Part shown: positions 33,817-40,882 of the stretch, piece by piece | Layout of the letters: every line of letters starts with the position of its first letter | Position numbering within the stretch: the first letter of the stretch is position 1 | NCBI GenBank assembly: GCA_002269645.1 | Contig: NIVC01003475.1 | Span: forward strand, 1-40,882 | Direction of reading: 5' to 3' | Origin: Macrostomum lignano | Taxonomy: Eukaryota | DNA: 40,882 bases | The notes under the pieces: generated by a model | The model's database searches: none | Seen by the model: the letters and a program-made list of their open reading frames with translations, nothing else | Told to the model about the DNA's origin: nothing | Made by a program: the position numbers and the translations under genes

Positions 33817-34327
33817 TTGACAAAATGGTAAGTTGGTTTTTAAACTTCTTTTGTCGTTTGAACGGAAGTGGCGCTCCTTGCGCTCGTTATGGTTTTTACC
33901 GCGTCGCGATTAGCACCTAGTCGACAAAGTGAGTTTTTAATAAGCTTACTAAGGCAAGGCTGTTGTTTGGCAGTGACAGTTCGAGGCAAGATCGGATTCC
34001 TTGCACGGCTCTGTGACAGCCTTGGACATAGACAAAACTGAGACCCCTACCGATGGGCGCTGCTTTTGAGCTTTGCGACTGACAGCTTAACAATAAGAAT
34101 TTAATAAGTACAAAGCATGCTTTATTAAAATTATCATAAAATTATCATAAGTAGAACTGATCCATGAAGTAAATTTACAAATGTTTACACGCATTAAACT
34201 TGAAACATCTGGGATCCTGCAAACGTTAATTTTATAAAATCTCGTACTATCTAGTCACTGTTCAAAATGTGTTCAATCGAAGTCGGGTGTTTAATAAGTA
34301 ATGAACAGTACGAGCGTACTTTCATTC

Positions 34328-37300
34328 CTACTCTGAACGAACCCCTTTGCTCCGAGTCGACCTGTGAGACCGACTGTCGTGCAGGCTGTTCAGCTTGTAA
34401 CTGTGCACCCAGATCTCGGAGAGGCACACAGTCGAGTGAAACCTGTAGAATATGATCAAGGGCTGAAAGATTAGCTTTATGATGCTCCACGGCATGACGC
34501 CAAAGTAGTAGTTCAAAAAGTCCTGGGCAACATCGCGTTGAACTTCGAACACGGACTCGATCCACATGGCCAAGTTGGCAAGTAGCAGAGCCGCTGTGAT
34601 GCCTCGACCGGGTTTCTCCATTTTCTGGGCTAATTCAATTATAATTTTCCGCTGAATCGCCTGCATAATGAACAAAGTCTGAGCAACCGATTCTGTCAGA
34701 TCAGCCAAAGCTTTCAATCCAGTTAACTGAGTAATTTGAGCTTGTCGCCTCCTGCCCCACTGACAGCCTGTGTGTTGATCGTTCGGTGACGTCATCATGC
34801 AAGCCCCGACAGAGATAGACACGAACAAGCTGTAACAGACGATGCCAGCCAGGCCGACAAACAATAAATTGACGTCGAACGCTTCGTGACGCTCGAGTTT
34901 GGACAGTTTTAATTTTCGGATAGCATTGACAGCTCCAAATAGAGCTATTATTGTTGTGCAGACTAACACGACGCATTCAATAATCAGCATGGCGATAACG
35001 TGCAGATCTCTGTACTCACTATTGGCTTGCTGACGCGCTATCAGCAAGCTGACCATCGGTACCAGGACGCAGATTGTGACAATTAGGCCGCCGAATAGGC
35101 CTCGGTGCGACTTGTGACAAGTTGTGCTTCGAGGCAGCGCAGTCGCTTCACTGACAGGAGTCGACTTCTTTGCCGCCTCCGTGTTGCCGACATTTGTGAA
35201 GAATTTGTAACAAATGGCTGCGCAAATCAAGCCGTACTCCACTGCACATGGGTACAGGTAGGGTCCGAGCTGGGCCGATGGAGAGTTTTTGTCGATTTTG
35301 AATCGGCCAGTGCAAGACGAATTTCGGGCGGTGCCGTTGCCTGAATAAGGATTTTATTGCAATACATTTGGGCGCTAGTCAGTCGAGTAAGAACAAGTAT
35401 GACTAATATTTTAAACCGTTTTACCAACATATCTGGACTAATGGGGAAGCCCAGGCCCCAGAGTAGCTCACCGCTGCTATCACAGCAGGGTGAACTCTGG
35501 AACAAATCGCTTACTTTGCTGTTTGTTTGTTCCCTGTGGCCGCTCTAACCTCGTACTAGTTACGTATACTCACCAAGGCTGCATCAAGGACTGCTCAAGT
35601 AGAAGGACGAAAACTGCCTTTCTTAGTAAATGTTTAGGAGGCTGGTTTTCGCTGAAAAATACACTACGGAGATCGAAAGTTTCCATTTTTCAGCACAAAA
35701 ATTGTTATTGATTTCGATAGGAATATTAGGAAGCAGATCCAGTGTTCATCTTTTGATATGTTTTGCCTTTTTTATAGCTCTATTGATATGTATGAAGCTT
35801 TTTGTTCAGAAAATTGGGACTCTATGTTAATTTTTATTCTACGTACAATTGTACATGCTCTGTGCCTAAAAAACCATTAAATGGCACGGCTCATTGGTTT
35901 TGTGAATCTATTTTGTCATTATTTGCTGACTGTGTAACAGTATGTGTAACACAGTTGATAAAATAGATCCATAAAACAAAAATTCGAGCTGTGCCATGCA
36001 TTTTATGATTTTTAGGTACATGAAATGTACGTGGAATAAAAAATTAACATAGAATTCTGATTTTCTAAACGAAAAGCTCTATTAATATCATTATCTAAGA
36101 AACGTTGTTTACCATCATTTAACTTGAGTAGTCCTTCGGCCAACTCTGATTAACTTTAATTACTCACTGAATAGCTAACAAACTAAACAGTAATTATAAG
36201 ATTTCTACTCACTTTGTGTCGCGGTTGCATTTGTCAATACCGCATTGATTAACTGGGGGTCTTGAATATTAAAAACGTTGCTAATATTCAGCAGCTCATT
36301 TGCTACGTCCAAACTTTGTCCGTAGCTTGGCGTTGTAAAATTAGCTGCAGCATTAGGGACCGTTCTGTCCAGCTTCTTCCCAGTAGAATGCATCAATCCG
36401 GTCTTGATCTCGTAGACTACCGTCTTAATCCAAATGCACAGATTCGCAACGGCCAGGTGAATTAGAAAGAATCGAATCAACGACTTCTGAGTATTTATTG
36501 TCACCTGGTTAATGCGAGTTCAAGTTTGATATTTATGAATACCACACGAGCATAGAGAGTAAAGATCCCATAAAGAACTCCATTACCTTGTGATGCTTGA
36601 ACAGGAAATAGGTCTGCAGTACGATGAACAGCAGATCAATAATGTGTTTGGGCAGAAACCAGGGGCTCAAACAGAGTTTGCTGTCGCCACGTTTGCTCAA
36701 ACTGTCAACAATTTTGAAGGCACTGTGCATCATCACGCCGAACCCGAAAACTGGATTGAATTATTTAAACAGATATTTTCAAGTGTCCGTCACGCTTACA
36801 AATGTCTAGAGAACATCTTTAAGCTTACTAATTGCTCCGAATCTCAGGTAGAGATTGACGCCAACACCCGACAGAATAATTTTTTCCTGTTCAACAGCTG
36901 CTAATGCGCCGGAGTCTGGAGGTTTTTGTTGGCATTTGATATGATTTGATAATATATATTTTACAGTCAGTGAATGATCGAGCATTAGAATTTTACCTGA
37001 TAAAAAGCAAGTCATTTCGACTCAAACCTAAATATACCAAGTTCTGGGGGTAAAGGACCAAACTTTACATGTTTCATAGTACCAAGATTGATGTTTTGCA
37101 TTGAATTGAAAGTTGCCAAAAGTGAAGCAAACCATTTTACTCACTTAATGTTCGTCTGAGCTTCCAAATTCTTTCGCGTCGTTGAAACCAACCGCTTGCC
37201 GAATTGCGTCTACTGTCGTTGCGGCGACGGCGAATCTGGCGCAAGGTGCTCCGACCTGGCCTGAGCACCTGGGGCTGTACAGAATCTGCCATTCCCCAGG

Positions 37301-38564
37301 GGCTGCTGTCACCTCGTCTGCACTGATTCCATTGCGGGAAACGAGTGCGGTAGAGTGTTCCGGATCAACGGACTCAGTGGCGTCACTGGTTGCAGCGGTC
37401 GAGTCTCGTTCTAGAACTAATTTCTTGTCAACTTTGCTTTTGCAAATTCTTTTGTAATAATTGCTCCCATAGTAGGATATCAGGCTGTTCATGTACACAA
37501 TGCCAACAATGCCAACCGCGTGCATAAAAATGTAGAATATCTGAAAAAAATGAAAAATAACTTTATACTGAATAGCTCTCTCTCTATAGGAGGGGTTGGC
37601 AGCTCATCACAAAGAAAAGGAAAAGGGAAAAGAGAATAGAGGGGAAGAGGGAAGAAGAGATGAGAGATAAACGGCGGAAAGGAGAGGTGGAGATCGGGAG
37701 AGCAGAGACACAAACCTTGAGTGGGACGGACTGCTATTGTGAAGTTTCAAGGATTCGAGGGCCGGATAGAGAGGCTTCGCGGGTCCTCCCGGAGTTTGCC
37801 AACCTCTGCTGTATACATCACGTTGTTTGCGCCACAATCCTCGTCATCCATCCCAGACTTAGCTACCTAAAAAGCCCCAAATTCACCTGTCTGTACTCAG
37901 CGTGCTCCTCAGGCTGAGCGAGGGCGTCGGTAATCGGTACAACAACGCCAAGCATCAGTGCGAGCATGCAGTAGAGAGTCAGTAGCGACTGCAGCATTGA
38001 CAGTCTGGTAGATCCGTCTTGATAGGAAGTGAATGCTAAATGGCTTGGTTTCCTGTAAATTTAAGCAAAAGAATAATTAATAACAATGATAACTGATTAA
38101 CTACCGTCCAATGGGCAGATGTGCAACCGACAGCTCAGCCGCAGCTATTGCGCGGCGCATCTGAAGGCTCAGTGCAAGGACTGGGAGGTTGCCACACACA
38201 CCTTCAATTAACCCCAGCTAATGCTGGCACCCATTTTACAGCTGGGTGAACTGAAGCAATGCAGAGTTAAGTGTCTTGCTCATGGACACAAATTGCTCCG
38301 GGTGGGTCGAGAATCGAACCCCCGACCTTTCAGTAGTGAGTCCGACGCTCTGACCACTGGGCTACAACAGGATAAAGTGCCTAGAAGGAGTTTATTTCAT
38401 GTGGCTTTATATCAAACTGGATTTCCATTCACAACTGTCTCCGACATCTCGATAGTAGTATAATTCGTGTAGAAAAACTTGGTTCTGAAAAATTCCCGAA
38501 AATTACCTAACTCTTCTCCTCCTTTGCTGAAATTGGCCGGACTTTGATTGCTGCCAGGTGTCAT
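34328..38564 (-). CDS. Otop: Otopetrin-family proton channel; exons 38507-38564, 37887-38017, 37145-37540 (with putative mini-intron 37269-37312), 36829-36915, 36587-36750, 36213-36504, 34328-35340
   Basis: Family motifs: NLYLRFGAIIFGFG, FIVLQTYFLF, RFFLIHLAVANLCIWIKTVVYE, PYLYPCAVEYGLICAA, CHKSHRGLFGG, QTLFI, LLLANLAMW, and WSIIKLIFQPLIIFYRFHSTVCLSEIW. Splice phases are consistent except for the 37145-37540 exon. The start exon is less certain. Confidence 0.9.
35585..36103. mobile_element. Second, right-TIR-deleted copy of the CAAGG MITE in an otopetrin intron
   Basis: Colinear with 22645-23150 from CAAGGACTGCTCAAGTAGAAG. The right TIR is reduced to a remnant (TCTAAGAAACG). Confidence 0.85.
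37590..37808. mobile_element. hAT/Charlie-like MITE copy 3 (otopetrin intron)
   Basis: Termini are GAGGGGTTGGCAG and TTTGCCAACCTCTG. Flanks CTCTATAG and CTGTATAC match at 6/8 positions, consistent with an aged 8-bp TSD. Confidence 0.7.
38100..38369 (-). mobile_element. tRNA-derived SINE with CORE-like central domain (in otopetrin intron)
   Basis: Minus strand shows an A box (TAGCCCAGTGG) and a B box (GGTTCGATTCTC), followed by GCAAGACACTTAACTCTGCATTGCTTCAGTTCACCCAGCTGTAAAATGGGTG, which resembles the MIR/CORE CTGTAAAATGGG block. The 3' boundary is approximate. Confidence 0.75.
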
Positions 38565-39019
38565 TAGACTTCGGTCTTACGGAGTCCATCGTTGTATGAA
38601 GAAGGCTCAGTTGGCTACAATCTGGATTGTAGACTCGAATTAAACAACAAAACCGAATAGATTTATTTATGACCAGGGCAAGTTAGAAATTTTTTCAGTC
38701 GACTTAAAAATAGAGTCCTGTGTTAGTTTGCGAACTTCGAGAGTGAATAGAAGAGAAGAATTAAGAAAGAGGTGTGCGTGTGCGCTCAAACCGGCTTCCG
38801 ACGGCGCGGGGCTCATCCAGAATTCCAAGTAATTAATTACTCACGTGACTGTGTTTGCTCCAGAGCCAGTACTGGGCAGTGTTTTCTTGTGATGGAAAGA
38901 AATTTATTGTGCATTTGCTCTGTTGAGCTATAATTTATTATATTTAAAGCAATTGAAACTGAGTTTGAGTAGTAAAGTAGCAAAACTGCTTTGTTGCCTG
39001 CTTGGCAGATCTCCGGCTC

Positions 39020-40440
39020 TGCAGCATCTATCTGCTGATCTCTATGCATCTATCTGTTGATCTCTATGCATCTATCTGCTGATCTCTATGCATCTATCTG
39101 CTGATCTCTATGCATCTATCTGCTGATCTCTATGCATCTATCTGCTGATCTCTATGCATCTATCTGCTGATCTCTATGCATCTATCTGCTGATCTCTATG
39201 CATCTATCTGCTGATCTCTATGCATCTATATCTGCTAATCTCTATGCATCTATATCTGCTAATCTCTATGCATCTATCTGCTGATCTCTATATGCATCTA
39301 TCTGCTGATCTCTATGCATCTATCTGCTGATCTCTATGCATCTATCTGCTGATCTCTATGCATCTATCTGCTGATCTCTATGCATCTATCTGCTGATCTC
39401 TACATGTATGCATCTATCTGCTGATCTCTATGCATCTATCTGCTGATCTCTATATGCATCTATCTGCTGATTTCTATGCATCTATCTGCTGATTTCTATA
39501 TGCATCTATCTGCTGATCTCTATGCATCTATCTGCTAATCTCTATGCATCTATCTGCTGATCTCTATATGCATCTATCTGCTGATCTCTATATGCATCTA
39601 TCTGCTGATCTCTATGCATCTATATCTGCTAATCTCTATGCATCTATCTGCTGATCTCTATATGCATCTATCTGCTGATCTCTATATGCATCTATCTGCT
39701 GATTTCTATGCATCTATCTGCTGATCTCTATATGCATCTATCTGCTGATTTCTATGCATCTATCTGCTGATCTCTATATGCATCTATCTGCTGATTTCTA
39801 TGCATCTATCTGCTGATCTCTATATGCATCTATCTGCTGATTTCTATATGCATCTATCTGCTGATCTATATGCATCTATCTGCTGATCTCTATGCATCTA
39901 TCTGCTGATCTCTATATGCATCTATCTGCTGATTTCTATGCATCTATCTGCTGATCTCTATATGCATCTATCTGCTGATCTCTATATGCATCTATCTGCT
40001 GATCTCTATATGCATCTATCTGCTGATTTCTATGCATCTATCTGCTGATCTCTATATGCATCTATCTGCTGATTTCTATGCATCTATCTGCTGATCTCTA
40101 TATGCATCTATCTGCTGATTTCTATATGCATCTATCTGCTGATCTATATGCATCTATCTGCTGATCTCTATGCATCTATCTGCTGATCTCTATATGCATC
40201 TATCTGCTGATTTCTATGCATCTATCTGCTGATCTCTATATGCATCTATCTGCTGATCTCTATATGCATCTATCTGCTGATCTCTATATGCATCTATCTG
40301 CTGATTTCTATGCATCTATCTGCTGATCTCTATATGCATCTATCTGCTGATCTCTATATGCATCTATCTGCTGATCTCTATATGCATCTATCTGCTGATC
40401 TATATGCATCTATCTGCTGATCTATATGCATCTATCTACA
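39020..40440. repeat. 22/24-bp minisatellite (ATCTCTATGCATCTATCTGCTG)
   Basis: About 60 units with AT-insertion variants. Confidence 0.98.
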
Positions 40441-40882
40441 AATCTCCATGCTCTATCTGCCGATTTCCATGCCTCTATCTGCCGATTTCCATGCATCTAC
40501 TACCCTGTCCCTACTTCGGTCTACACTGTTTTAATGCATCTAGGAACGTATGCACACGATTTGATTTAATTATATTTATTTGCAGAAAGCACACTAGCTG
40601 TCTCAGCTGACAGTGTTTAGAATCAGAGGCAGCATAAACAAGTTCTAACTGAATCCGATGGTTTTAATTTTCACTGATGCTGCTTATGCCAATGCAGTTG
40701 GAAGATTCTGTAACAGACACTTATAACTAACTAATAGTTTCTACACTCTCAGTTTGCTTGTATATCCTGTCAGCTAGCGGAAAAGCTATAGTGAAACTTC
40801 ACCTCCAATAACTAGGCTCATGCGCTGAAATGCTGAACTTTAAAGCCAGCCAGATTTGTGCCCACCAAATTTCAAGCGACCA

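Noticed and set aside
38445-38465. TCTCGATAGTAGTATA resembling the tRNA-Asp 5' end
   Set aside because: Too short, with no B box or cloverleaf.

Overview
Eukaryotic (invertebrate animal) genomic DNA with GC-rich spliced exons, AT-rich introns and a very high density of micro- and minisatellites. This texture is reminiscent of repeat-rich flatworm genomes such as Macrostomum, but the species cannot be determined from the sequence. Host genes: (1) a minus-strand PDZ-domain gene with exons at 15104-15226, 5601-5752 and 1461-2219. Its 9.35 kb first intron contains a complete opposite-strand rolling-stone-like membrane protein gene, five minisatellite arrays and a MITE. (2) An intronless AANAT/dopamine N-acetyltransferase-like GNAT. 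(3) A tRNA-Asp(GTC). (4) A spliced pancreatic-lipase-family gene. (5) A 103-aa orphan ORF. (6) A multi-exon otopetrin proton-channel gene with an unresolved frame problem in one exon. Mobile DNA: a 5'-truncated Penelope-like retroelement (RT + GIY-YIG) carrying a minimal hammerhead ribozyme, with its 3' end abutting a (TATC)n tract; a 4.1 kb foldback structure (about 730 bp terminal inverted repeats that each carry an outward-facing unknown ORF) enclosing a nested 1.57 kb unit with a decayed THAP domain; P-like MITEs (one with a perfect 8-bp TSD); three hAT/Charlie-like MITEs; an internally deleted Merlin transposase; and a tRNA-derived CORE-like SINE. Most long ORFs in the supplied track are artefacts of tandem repeats.
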